This document shows, piece by piece, positions 1-11,455 of a stretch of 64,000 nucleotides of DNA. Position 1 is the stretch's first letter. Every line of letters begins with the position of its first letter. Below the pieces are notes generated by a model, which had not been told where the DNA came from, did not search any database, and was given only the letters and a program-made list of their open reading frames with translations. The DNA is from Sphaerodactylus townsendi (Eukaryota), in the NCBI RefSeq assembly GCF_021028975.2, contig NC_059428.1:153822001-153886000 (forward strand), given 5' to 3'. The translations under genes and the position numbers were made by a program.

Positions 1-667
1 CCTATCTTTTCCAGCTCATTCTCATGAGAATAATGGCGTTTCCCCACTCCCAGTTCCATGGAGATAGCAAATACCGTTTTCCTCCTGCTCTTCCAACTGT
101 GGCAACCCTCTTTCCTGTAACCCGCCGAGCCATCTGTGCCTTCTTGTCACCCGTGAGGGACAAATCCAGAGGGACAGTGCTCTCTGGTATTTTTTTCTTT
201 CAGGGGTGATCCACTAGTCAGCAATTGGTTGTTCTTTGCTCTCAACTGTGTTGCATTCGGGGAACATATTGCCCAACTGAAGCAGTTTGACAATTGTTCC
301 AATTTTACAAACGTTTGAGCCAGGCCCATGTGTCACAAGTGAAGGGTTCCCCATTGCCAGGAAAAGCTTCTCCCTGTTCCTTTTCTGCTTGACAGGTTGC
401 TATTAGAAGCACCAGCACGTGGCCAGCTCTGGACACTAGACCCAGCTGCCTGTATCTCCGCGGCTTCTTTGGATTTCCCTGTATAGTGACTGGGATGATT
501 TGATGTCGTGCATACAGTTCCAGGAATCAACGGTGTCGTGTTGTATCGTGCATCTGACAGGTGTTCTTGGCACAACAGCCACTCAAGGAGTGAGAACAGA
601 GCCCACTTAGCAAGTAACTATGGCAACAGAAGACAGTTTGTGGAATACAGGACCGTTCTGAGGCCAT
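1..667 (-). pseudogene. Long degenerate exon, low-complexity S/T/G-rich tail
   Basis: Acceptor ttttgctgtctttttgtgtgtgtgcag at 669-668; one frame has only 3 stops (TAG 620-618, TGA 335-333, TGA 149-147) in about 221 codons. Confidence 0.45.
614..627. promoter_or_regulatory. RFX X-box motif GTAACTATGGCAAC
   Basis: Close match to the GTNRCYATRGYAAC palindrome; about 1 kb upstream of the + strand pseudogene ATG. Confidence 0.4.
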
Positions 668-738
668 CTGCACACACACAAAAAGACAGCAAAATGTTCA
701 GAAATCAGTTCCTGTAGAAGCCGGGTCCGCTCCCATAC

Positions 739-961
739 TTAACACGCAGGGCCTTCTTCTCAAGCCCCAACCCAGATGCAAAAACTGTAGGCCCATCATT
801 CCTTAGCGAGGCATATGGCAGGTTGATGAAGCAGGAGAACTGGTGGATGCCTCACCAGTGAGATCTAAGCGCTGGATCAGTTCTGTCTGGTGCCGGTCTC
901 CTACCTGTCGGCTGACATTGATGCATAATCTCTTGGTGGCTTCCAGAATGAGATACCCATT
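739..961 (-). pseudogene. Degenerate exon-like segment (GYLILEATKRLCINVSRQ...FINLPYASL...KKALRV)
   Basis: Long pyrimidine tract ending ctctccaa (AG apparently mutated), one frameshift, donor AA|GTATGG followed by a 71-nt intron. Confidence 0.4.
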
Positions 962-1042
962 GGAGAGGGCAGGAGCAGATAAGCATGGGAAAGAGGGGAG
1001 GGGGGAAATGAATGGAGACTTAAACGAGAGGTGAGAGGCTGT

Positions 1043-1350
1043 GAAGAAGAAGAGGAGGAGGAGGAGGAGCAGTTTGGATTTATACCCCACTTTTCTCTCC
1101 TGCAAGGAGACTCAAGGCAGCTTACAAACTCCTTTCCCTTCCTCTCCCCACAACAGACACCTTGTGAGGTAGGTGGAGCTGAGAGAGTTCTGAGAGAACT
1201 GTGCCTAGCCCAAGGTCACCCAGCAGGGATGCAGGAGTGCAGAAACACATCTAGTTCACCAGGTAAGCCTCTGCCACTCAGGTGGAGGAGTGGGGAATCA
1301 ACCCCGGTTCTCCAGATTAGAATCCACCTGTTCTTAACCACTGCACCATG
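1043..1350 (-). mobile_element. tRNA-derived SINE with (CTT)n tail (Squam3-like)
   Basis: Matches the many other copies in the window; tRNA-like head with A/B-box-like sequences. Confidence 0.85.
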
Positions 1351-2914
1351 CTGGCTGTGGAATGTTTTCTGTTGACAAGATGCAAAAAGTGCGTTCCTTG
1401 TGCTTGATAAACTTCATTCTTTGAGTGAGTTGGGAACCCTCGTGTTTCCAAACCAAACGTTTTTGATCTTGCGCTAGGAATTTAAAGTGTGTCACTGCCT
1501 CTTTTGATAAAGCCATTGGCTTAGTCATAGCTACTTCTGGACACTAGTTAGGGGGCCTGGCAGAATTTGACTCTCTTTTCCGCTGTCTCCTTTCGTTACC
1601 TTCCCTTCCTTGGCAATTCCTTCAGCCTGAGAATTGGGCATGCCTTACGACGGATGCTGGCTGCTGCTGCTCCTTCACCTGGTTTGTCAACTAGCAAAAT
1701 GGGCGTGGGGGCAGCCCTTGCTTACATTGTCAACATTTTGAGTCCCTACAGAGGAATTGTTCGAATAGACGGAGCAGCCTGTGCCGATGACCTCCAGGCG
1801 AGAACAAGATGCCTTTGTCCCACCCAGGGCGATGCTGGTGGAATGTGCCGACCCATGTTTTGACTGTAAATCTCAGTCCTTCCCCTCTAGCACACAGAGA
1901 TCACAGCACATTGTTGGCCCAGCAGAAAATGTATCTGGTCAGCTCCCAGAGAAACCCAAAACATGGCTCAGAAGAAGCAGGTGAAGGTTCTGGAGTTTCT
2001 CTTCCTGCATTGTGGGTTTGGAACGGAATAAAGGAAATAGCAAAGCCCTGCAGAACCCTATGCAGCTGTCTCAAGGACTGACTTTACTGACATGAACCTT
2101 CCAGCGTGGTGTAATGGCTAAGAGCAGGTGCACTCTAATCTGGAGAACCGGGTTTGATTCCTCACTCTGCCACTTGAGCTGTGGAGGCTTATCGGGAACC
2201 AGATTAGCTTGTGCACTCCCAGCACATGCAATTTGGAAGTCAGTTTTTATCTGCTGGCTGATCTGTATTCCTGGGTTTTTTAAACAACAACAACAAAGTT
2301 TTAGGCTCTGTCATTTTAGAGGATGTTTTTAATGGTGCCATGAGTTGCCCCGGGCATGTGCCTGAACAGCTAGTATGGTATAAAAGTGTATCAGAAACAC
2401 CTGTCCCAGTCAGGCGATACAGAGAAGCTGCCCCAAAGGAGAGCATGCAGTGGCAAAATGCTTGAGATAATACTGTTACGGTTATCAGTTAGTGAGGCCA
2501 ACTTTTTCTCTAGGATTTTTGGTTTTTAGTTAGCTATAGAGGCATTTCTTCCACTGAACGATAGAAGCTGAGCATGGTTGGAAGAAGGCAGCAATATCTG
2601 TTGAATGTTGAATACCTGAGGGAAATGTAAGGAGAAATTTAAGAACTACACCAAGATATATTACAAAACAGATTAGCTATAGACTATTTACTGGCTGCAA
2701 ACGGAGGACTTTGTCAAATTTTGAAAGGAAGGCCCAGTAAAATTACTTATCATAGTTTAAATAAAGCAATTGAGGGACAATTACAAGATTTATTGATTCT
2801 GGAGACTCATAAGAAAAGAAGAAGGCTTTCACGGCTGGAACACAAACCAATACCTGTTGACTACTTTATGTTATGGATGTAATGTCATGTGTACCTTGAA
2901 TGCAGAAGGTCTGA

Positions 2915-3151
2915 GGTCCCTTCCGCACATGCAGAATAATGCACTTTCAATCCACTTTCACTCCACCAGACCATGGCCACACAGCCCGGAAAACCCACCA
3001 GAACCAGTTGAATCCGCCCATGAAAGCCTTCAACAATACACTTTCACAATTGCTTGCAAGTGGATTTTGTTATTCCGCAGAGTAAAATCCAGCTGCAAAG
3101 GGCATTGAAAGTAGTTTGAAAATGTATAATTCTGCATGTGCAGAAGGGGCC
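2915..3151. mobile_element. Harbinger/Tourist-like palindromic MITE containing a Penelope fragment (~2964-3040)
   Basis: TIR GG(T/C)CCCTTC(C/T)GCACATGCAGAAT; TGA TSD. Confidence 0.7.
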
Positions 3152-3586
3152 TGAGAGCTACAGGTGAGCTAAACCCTGAACTAAAATATACCCAGAATCA
3201 TAAAAACAACAATTAAAGTGTTGTGTGTTGCGTTAACTGATTTTTGTGTTGTCAGATGAAGAAGCTTACTAAGATATCATGAATGCTCTACGGTCTGTGG
3301 AAATACTGGTCCGCAAACACCCTTGGTTTTATTGCTTTCATGGTGAGTACAAGGTGCCTTTGCTTAGCAAGCACTCAAGAACAGGGTAGTATATACAACT
3401 AGTAAAACCCCATAGTAAAAAACAAACAGCTTGAGCAACATTGAGAAAATCCTCAAAAGGATGAAGGCAAAAGTTCATTTATTCAGTGGACGTTTCGTCA
3501 AGGGCCGTCTGACGCATCAGGGGGTAGCGACTGAAAGAGGCCAAAAAGCAGACTTTATGGTTGGCTGCTCTCTTTCCCCTCCTTCA

Positions 3587-3850
3587 GCCTGGTGTAGTGG
3601 TTAAGAGCAGGGGCACTCTAATCTGGGGGACCGGGTTTGACTCCCCGCTCTGCCACTTGAGCTGTGGAGACTTATCTGGTGAATCAGATTAGCTTGTGCC
3701 ACACGTGCCAGTCACAGTTCTTCAGAACTCTCTCAGCCCTACCCACCTCACAGGGTGTTTGTTGTGAGGGGGGAAGGGAAAGGAGATTGTCAGCCCCTTT
3801 GAGTCTTACAGGAGAGAAAAGGGGGATATAAATCCAAGCTCTTCTTCTTC
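3587..3850 (+). mobile_element. Squam3-like SINE
   Basis: GGTGTAGTGGTTAAGAGC head to ATAAATCCAAGCTCTTCTTCTTC tail. Confidence 0.85.
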
Positions 3851-4609
3851 CTGTGTCCAAATAGTGGATCTGGGAGGGGCATTGCAGGATTAGGAAAGCA
3901 AAATTAGACCTCCCTTCACTGTGTTGTCACCCCTATCTAAATCCCTGCCATGGCTATTTGCCAATGAAAACCACTGGAAAGATCTGTTGACAAATCTCCC
4001 AGTTCTTGTCTAGTTTGGTCCCTAGATATTGCTATCCCGCCCCTCTTTCCCTGACATCTACAGCTTTAAGAAGCTTCCTGTGGTATGACACGTTTCAGCA
4101 CGGGGAGTGGAAGACAGTAGAGTTTATGAAATCCTGCTCTCTCGAGGCATTAAAGGGAGGAGGGGAAGAGATTTCCCTGTTGAGCAATTGCTCATGATGA
4201 ACAGTCATGTGATTTCAGTAAATGATATCTTTGAGCACGAGAATGAGGAAGCAGCCGAGGAAACAAGCCGCTACAGTGTGTTTGCTGAGAGGGGTGGGAT
4301 GGGAGGTTTAAACTCAGATGATTTGGCACAAGATCGCCTCCTCGATACGCTGTATTAAAGAAGACAGGATCGCTATCACAGCCAAAGACCTTTGACCCTC
4401 GATACCTGTTTGTGTTACTGGAGAGCCGATTCTTCTGCGACCCGCAGGAAGTTGAATTATAACCCTGGTTGTGCACAACATTTAATATAACCTCAGATTT
4501 GTCTAAACTATTAGCACATTAGTGCAAATTAGAAGCTTAACTTCTTTTTGTTATAGGTGCACGTTCCTGGCATCCGCCTCTAGTTCTCTCCCCCTCCCCC
4601 CAGTTTAAC

Positions 4610-4782
4610 ACTGGTTCAAATATGTGAACGGGGAACATTGTTTCCCAGGTGTATCTTAATGTGTTTTGAGTGCAACTGTTGCTATGAACCAGGTGTGATG
4701 TCTTCCTTTCTCGGGAGAATAGGTGAAAAAAAAATCCATTTTCAGGGATGTGATCCATCCGTCTTGTGCTGAATTCCAAATG
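4610..4782 (-). pseudogene. CIROZ-like remnant exon (IWNSAQDGWITSLKMDFFFTYSPEKGRHHTWFIATVALKTH*)
   Basis: Acceptor tacttctgcag; D/E/W spacing resembles recalled YRVDLSLEFAEMAAPVLWTV; 3' end uncertain. Confidence 0.45.
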
Positions 4783-5250
4783 CTGCAGAAGTACTTGTGG
4801 GTTTTAAAGTACATTTTTATCCTGCCTTCCCTCCAAGGAGTTCAGAATGGTGTGCGTCATTTTACCCCTCCTCCATGTTATTTTCACAGAACCTGGTAGG
4901 TTAGGCTGACTGGCCCAAGGTCACCCACTATGTTTCATGGAAGTTGGGAGGTTTAAATCTGGGTTATCCAGGTCCAAATCCAGCACTCTAACCTGTCTGC
5001 CACACTGTCAAATAAATAGCACATCATCAACCAATCAATCAAGCCTTTATTGGCATAGTAAGCAATACAGTAAGTACAGTAAGAGAAAACTGATTAAAAA
5101 CATGGACATTAAATAGCACATTATTAACAACGTGACTTTTAATTAAATTGAAACACCTTTGTACAAAATCAATGGTTTATGTATAGATCTTTTCACGAGG
5201 GGGATATTGATGGGAGTGTGATCTAACTTACAATTAATAGAAGTTACAGT

Positions 5251-5360
5251 GTATTGTCAAAGGCTTTCACGGCTGGATTCAACTGGTTGTGGTGGGTTTT
5301 CTGGGCTGTGTGGCCGTGGTCTGGTGGTCCTCCACACAGCCCGGAAAACCCACCACAAAC
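5251..5360. mobile_element. Penelope-derived short inverted fragment with 15-bp TSD
   Basis: AATAGAAGTTACAGT at 5236-5250 and 5361-5375. Confidence 0.75.
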
Positions 5361-5399
5361 AATAGAAGTTACAGTTTGTGTGAAGTAAAGATAATCTCA

Positions 5400-6450
5400 A
5401 ATATTGTTGCCAACTTTTTCTCTGCGCACTAGCATTGAAATGTCTTAAACTACAAAAAGTAGCACATTTGTATAATGAAAGAGGAGATTTTATAACGTTT
5501 CCACATCTTATGGAGAAAGGAGGTACAGAGAACTGGTTAGTACTAAGAGGAATTTGGGAAAAGATAAAAGCCTCTAGGATAGAAGGAGATTGTATAATGA
5601 AAAATTGTGTAAAAATATATGATGAAAGGAAAGGAAAAATGTTAGGAGTTTTATATAAATACATGATAGAAGATCAAGAATTTATGGTAAGAGCTGTAAT
5701 GGAAAAATGGCAACAAGATGGAGTAAAAGACACAGATTCTATACAACAAATAATAGATAAGATAAATAAGATAAAAATAGAGAAATATCTTCGCGAGATT
5801 GGAGAAGAAATTAATATTAAAAAATGGTATAGAATCCTTACGAAACAGTTGGCATATATATGATAAAGGAGGGGCTCAGCTCGAAATGTTGGTGCACTTC
5901 GTGGGGGATAAAAATGCAATTTACACCCATATGTGGTTAGAATGTCCAGAGGTAAAACACCTGTGGGAAAATGTTATAATGTATATGGAAAAATATGTGA
6001 ATGTAAAAATAAAGATAAATATAGATCTATTATTTTTAGGCATACTGGATTATACAATAATAGAACAAAGAAAGAGAAAGCTATTTAAACTTATGATCAG
6101 AGCGGCCCATGCAGTAATAGCATTAGGGTGGAAGGACAAAAGAATCTGGACAATACAGAAATGGTTGGAATATATATGGGAACAAATACAATTGGAAATT
6201 TCTGACATAATGTCAAGAAACCAAATATGGCAAAAAAATCCCAAAAAGATATGAAGTGGATTTGGACTGAATTCAAAGACTGGTTAAATGAAATTGGAAT
6301 CACAGAAGAAAACTGGAAAAGAAGATTAGAAAAAATGGACCTGTTCCTGCACATTTAAAGAAGAAAAGAAGGGGGGAAAGGGGGAAATGGATATGGATAT
6401 GGAGGATGAAATATAAAGATGTATAATATAAAACTAACAATCCAAAATAT
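5400..6450 (+). mobile_element. L1/Tx1-clade LINE 3' fragment (ORF2 C-terminus)
   Basis: A-rich sense strand; zinc-knuckle remnant KCW..C...YTHMWLECP; frameshifted ORFs 5435-6254. Confidence 0.75.
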
Positions 6451-6701
6451 CAATTAATTTTTTTTTTAAATGAAAAGTCTTAAACGATAAGCAAGGGCCA
6501 TTCTCCATTGCACTGATTAAAATGTGCCTGCATCAATTTAAATGTATCCTTCCCGATTAATCAATTAAGACACTGATCTCCGGATTAGGTCAGGTAGCCC
6601 TAATCTTGATAGTTTTGATAACCCTCTGTGGGGCCAATGAATCCCAAACATCAAAGAAAGCTCTGCGCTCCTTTTAAAAACGCGGAATGAAAGGCAAACA
6701 C

Positions 6702-6931
6702 CTTCATTTCAGCCACAGGATGCATGGTCTTGGAGTTCCTGAAAGTCACTGTATCTGATCTCCTTTGCTTTGGAGGATTGGTGCACGTTTAAGACAGTTT
6801 TGGCGCTGGAAATATTTAGGCAGATGAGACTGAAGAACCTATGACAGGGAATCATAATAACAAAGCTTATGTTGGCAAGGTCCACAGCTGTGATTTCTGC
6901 CACATGAAATAGCATACACGCTGAAGGCAAA
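6702..6931 (-). pseudogene. CIROZ-like remnant exon (LPSAC...VIMIPCHRF...LNVHQSSKAKEIRYSDF)
   Basis: Strong acceptor atttttctctttctgcag; open for about 73 codons; VHQS at 6786-6775; donor AAG|GTGTTT. Confidence 0.6.
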
Positions 6932-8152
6932 CTGCAGAAAGAGAAAAATCTAATGTTACCGTGCAACTGTGCCAAAAAGGCAAGCTTCCAAAAAATCCGC
7001 TTCCTCTAATTTTTTTTTCAAGTCAAACATGCCAAATGCCCTTTGCTTAGCCTCTGTGACTCTGAACAAGCCTGAACATTAAAATACAGTCCCTTCCTCT
7101 CCTGGTAAACCTTCTGATTTAAAGAAAAATTGAGTCCATTTCCCAACTTCAAGGAATGTATTTCATTAATTGAATCTCCCAGTTGTGAGGAATCATGTGT
7201 TTGTTTCATCGGCGGCGGAGGCAGCAGGGCGGGGTTATTTAAAAAGTCCCCGGAGGACAGCGAGTGTCCTGAAAGCCAAAGTTGTGCAGGAAATCCTTAT
7301 TTTCATTCACATCCTTTAGGTTTCCTGTGCAGTCAGGTGGCACAAAATAACCCTTAAATGCCCCCTGATCACGCTTGCTAGGAAAGCAGCCTTCGTGGAG
7401 TCAAAGATCATGTGTAAAAACTCTCAAAATATTCACGGTTGGCTGGTCAAAAGGAAGAGGTTTAGATTTTGCTCTCTCTGTGTGTGTGTTTCAAGGGCTC
7501 TGTCATTCTGACTCGGAAACCCCACTGCAATAATCCCCGCCGGCCTGTTTGTTTACCGAGGGACTGTCCTACCAGCTGATCTCGTCATTCATTAAAAAAT
7601 AAAATCCAAAATGCCCTCGCTTCCCTCTGCCTGTGTTTCATCCAGCTCTTTTGCCAGACGGAGGGCACAGATATTCCCCTCCCTAGCTGCAGATCAAGCT
7701 GTGTCAAGGTCTGAATGAGCGTAAATCCATCTCAGCAGCAGCAGCAGGCCGGCGGCTTTTAATATGTAGAGGATGGGCTATTAAGATACTGTAATCTCTG
7801 AGGCTCATTCTGCTATATTTTGAACAAGGGGGAAGGGGGGGTGTCGCTCACTGGAAGATGTGAGCCAGCTCTTCTCTCTCTGTGCTAATACAGTCTAAAA
7901 TTAAAAGCCCAGAAGCTGGCAGGAATTGTGAATTGATGATCCCGCTGTGACTATGGCTCTCCCTGGCGACTGGCAGCGGGTGATGGAGGCCGGGTGGCCA
8001 GACCCAGATTTGGAAACAGGTGGGACCTTAGGGATGAGGGGGCCCCCAGTGGGTGGAATACCATAGAGCCCACCTTCCAAAGCCTCCATTTTCTATAAAG
8101 ACAACGCTTTGTCACTAATTTAAAACAAAATTGAACATGTCCCTATTGTGGC

Positions 8153-8443
8153 ACGGTGCAGTGGTTAAAAGCAGGTGGATTCTAATCTGGAGAACTGGGT
8201 TTGATTCCCCACTTCTCCACTTGAGTGGCGGAGGCTTATCTGGTGAACCAGATGTGTTTCCGCATTCCCTACAATCCTGCTGGGAGACCTGGGGCTAGTC
8301 ACAGTTCTTCGGAGCTCTCTCAGCCCCACCTACCTTACAAGGTGTCTGTTGTGGGGAGAGGATGGGAAATGATTGGTTGTAAGCCACCTTGAGTCTCCTT
8401 ACAGGAGAGAAAGTTGGGATATAAATCCAAACTCTTCTTCTTC
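8153..8443 (+). mobile_element. Squam3-like SINE
   Basis: Same family consensus. Confidence 0.85.
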
Positions 8444-8761
8444 TTTACCAAGGACAATCTCTGTTTTTCTAATGCCTGTCCTTGGCAAATGGCTGTTCCT
8501 ATTTTGTCCACCCCCTTTTCTCCCCTCCTATTGATGGTTCATCTCTCTCTGCAGGACCTCAGGAAGTCAAATCTCTTGCTGGAGGCAAGAGCTACAGACG
8601 TGGTCCTCACGAAGCATCCTGCCCAGGCACTGAACAAACTTGGATCTACTTAGCTTAGGCGAGGTTGCTGCATCATGGACTTCCAGGGCATACCAAAGCT
8701 TAGTTTTCCATCTCGGGCTAAAACAAGGTTTGTTTCCAGTTCTGTAAGTGTGTATAAAGTG

Positions 8762-8965
8762 CCGTCGAGTTTCAGCAGCCCTTGCAGCAACTCAATAGGG
8801 CTTTCAAGGCAAAAGGCCAAACAGAGGAGTTTGCCCGTCACCTCCCTCTTCATAGCAAATCTGGTATTCCTTGGTGGTCTCCCCTCCAAATACTAGCCAT
8901 GGCTGACCCTGCTTGGCTTCTGGGATCTGATGAGATCAGGCTAGTCTGGGCCATCTAGGTCAGGC
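8762..8965 (-). mobile_element. 5S rRNA-headed SINE with RTE-like tail
   Basis: Reverse complement reads GATCTCATCAGATCCCAGAAGCCAAGCAGGGTC...GTATTTGGAGGGGAGACC (degenerate 5S) then non-5S tail; a similar decayed copy lies at ~37480-37650. Confidence 0.75.
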
Positions 8966-9083
8966 CTCCAGTTCTACAAGGAACCCATAAACATCTTCAG
9001 TATATTAATTAAGACTGAGGCTTTTAGAGGATCTTCCAAGCAGTTTACATTAATCGCTTTTATAGTTTGTATTATCTGTCATT

Positions 9084-9390
9084 AACATAAGAACATAAGA
9101 ACAAGCCAGCTGGATCAGACCAGAGTCCATCTAGTCCAGCACTCTGCTACTTGCAGTGGCCCACCAGGTGCCTTTGGGAGCTCACATGCAGGATGTGAAA
9201 GCAATGGCCTTCTGCGGCTGGTGCTCCCAAGCACCTGGTCTGCTAAGGCATTTGCAATCTCAGATCAAAGAGGATCAAGATTGATAGCCATAAATCGACT
9301 TCTCCATAAATCTGTCCAAGCCCCTTTTAAAGCTATCCAGGTTAGTGGCCATCACCACCTCCTGTGGCAGCATATTCCAAACACCAATCA
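9084..9390 (-). mobile_element. CR1-type LINE 3' end
   Basis: (AACATAAG)n 8-bp terminal repeat and CR1-like 3' sequence. Confidence 0.65.
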
Positions 9391-10579
9391 CACGTATCTA
9401 AAATGATAAGAGTGAATCATTCTAATCTGGTTACCACTGGCGTACCTGCCTAGGGACAGGGGGTACCCTATGTCCCCGGGCGCCCCCCATTTGACATGGA
9501 GGCAGGCAATGGCGACCCACGTATAAACATCTCCTGCGCTGAAAACCTTACTGGGTTGCCGTATGTCAGCTGCCACTTGATGGCAAAGAAAACTATTTGT
9601 TTTACGCCCTGTCATCCTGCTGTTACTACACTGTTGTCTAGTTTTGTAATTCCTTGTTCTGCGTTGTTGAACATCTCACATCTGACAACTTTCCCCTGGT
9701 CTGTGCTTTGAGTCTCACTGAGAAAGGTGGATTACAGTCAATAAAATAAAAACTTATCTCCAGCAGTCGTGTGTGTAAGTATGTCTGCATGAACATTAAG
9801 GCGCCATATAAGTCCTTAACCTGCTGCATCACCCGTCAGTGAAAGTCATTTTGAAGTGTTGATAATAATCAGGTTGTAGGGAAAGTGTGTGTGTGTGTAT
9901 CTCACACATTTAGCATATCTTTAATCTTAAAAATGAACACCTCCTTGTCTTGTAAAAACAATGCTGGGGATGCTAGTAGCTGTCGAAAGGAATGCAGCGT
10001 CAAACAGAGATTTCAGCCCGTTGCAGTGAGTGGGGAAAGGGGAAAGGGAAGGAATCTCTGGTATGATTCAGGGCGTGACGGGCATGCTCCTATTGCAGTC
10101 CGTGAAATGTTGGAACCTAAAATCAAATGGTTTACAGTAGGAAAAAAGGCAAGAAGGATTGACACATTGCAGGAAAAACAAGCAGGGGTCTTGGTGGCAC
10201 CTTCAAGACCAATATATTCTAGCATACCGTTTTATGGAGACCACTTCATCTGATGGAGGAGGAAAAGAAATATAAAGTCCTGTCAATTTTATTTTTCAAG
10301 TTGAACCAGAGATAGGCCCAGTTGTAGAGTATTTTAAACCTGGACCTGTTAGCCCAGTGAGAATCTGCAGTGCAAGAGAGGCAGCTGTGAACCAGAACAT
10401 AGTTAATTCCTGGCATTTCAGCTTAGAGAAGTTAAAATGGCCCTTTCACAAAATTGCAAAAAAAAAAAAAGATCACAAGGGAGAAAAGATGGACCTCTGC
10501 TGGCCAGGTGGATCTCTGCACTTTGCCTCAGGTGAGGCCTCTCCTGAGAGAGTCTTCACATCTGGTTTTGTAACTAGTT

Positions 10580-10674
10580 GTGAGGGGGCAGACTGCCAGG
10601 ATGGTCAAATGGACTGGACCGATTCAGACTGCAGTGGAAGGGGAGACAGTTTTTTCTGTGATGTTCATAATTTC
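10580..10674 (-). pseudogene. CIROZ-like remnant exon (EIMNITEKTVSPSTAV*IGPVHLTILAVCP)
   Basis: Acceptor tgtttacttcccacttacag; TGA at 10626-10624; G-x4-[TS][IL]xAxCP motif; 3' end uncertain. Confidence 0.6.
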
Positions 10675-11244
10675 CTGTAAGTGGGAAGTAAACACGGCAT
10701 GTGAAGGCCGGGGCTAGAACCTGTCCCTGAGATGGTTGATTTTTGTTATATAGATCATGTTTACATGGGGGAAGTGTGATTCCACCCAGTGGGTTGAGAC
10801 ATTCTTGGAGATTTGGGGATATTGTGAGGGCAGGGTTTTTGGGGACAGGAAAGACCTCAGTGGGTTATAATGTCATCCGACACAGCCATTTTCCTGAGGG
10901 GAGTGATCACTGTTGTCTGGAGGCGAGTCATAATTCCAGGCAATTTTCGGGGCCCGGTGTGAAACTGGCATCCTTAGGACATCGTGCAACATAAATAGCT
11001 GACTTAAGGCAGCTGCTTTCTAGGCCTAGCTGCTTTCTAGGCTTTCTAGGCCTTACCGTTTCTGACTGCACATGAGGATTAATTTTGAACGCCTCTGCGG
11101 AGTCACACACTCCCTACATGTGGTGAACTAGCACCTCAGTAAAGCCCATTTAGTGTAGTTCTCTCCCTGGAATTGTGGTTTTCTACAAGCAGGGAGTTCT
11201 TCCTGTGGTGTGTGTGTGGTGGTGGTGGTGGGGAGTTAGGTTAC

Positions 11245-11455
11245 TCTGGCATGACCTCCGTAGCTGCAATCTGAAATCCAAGGACGGTGATTATGCTCTT
11301 AATGTTTGTGGTTGAAACATTCTCCTGGTGCCTGGGAGAATCCCTGGTTCTGGATGGGATTGTCGCCCTCCTCCCGCAAGGCTCAAAACCAGCACAGATT
11401 TCCGCTGATAACTTAGCAGGGCCACAGTGTGCAAGCGGCTTCATTGTTGCTGCAG
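11245..11455 (-). pseudogene. CIROZ-like remnant exon (MKPLAHCGPAKLSAEI / WF*ALREE / TTNIKSIITVLG)
   Basis: Acceptor ttcgttttgcttag(ctgcag); HCGP motif; internal frameshift and TGA at 11385-11383. Confidence 0.6.

Larger units (their letters stand above)
1640..4358 (+). pseudogene. Decayed 3-exon gene for a ~240-aa signal-peptide, probably single-pass membrane protein (coding parts 1640-1980, 3256-3342, 4064-4358)
   Basis: AG acceptors with pyrimidine tracts (1625, 3255, 4063) and GT donors (1981, 3343); phase 2-2 joins keep one frame; MPYDGCWLLLLLHLVCQLAKWAWGQP is signal-peptide-like; stops at 1739, 1766, 3257, 4086. Confidence 0.62.

Noticed and set aside
1640-4358. In-frame TGAs read as selenocysteine (novel selenoprotein)
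   Set aside because: One stop is TAG, no SECIS was recognised downstream, and the contexts fit Arg CGA>TGA decay.
8555-8660. Exon-like segment after a strong + strand acceptor
   Set aside because: Short frames, no donor or recognisable homology, and no phase link to another exon.
8850-8965. 5S rRNA gene
   Set aside because: Degenerate and fused to an RTE-like tail: a SINE head.
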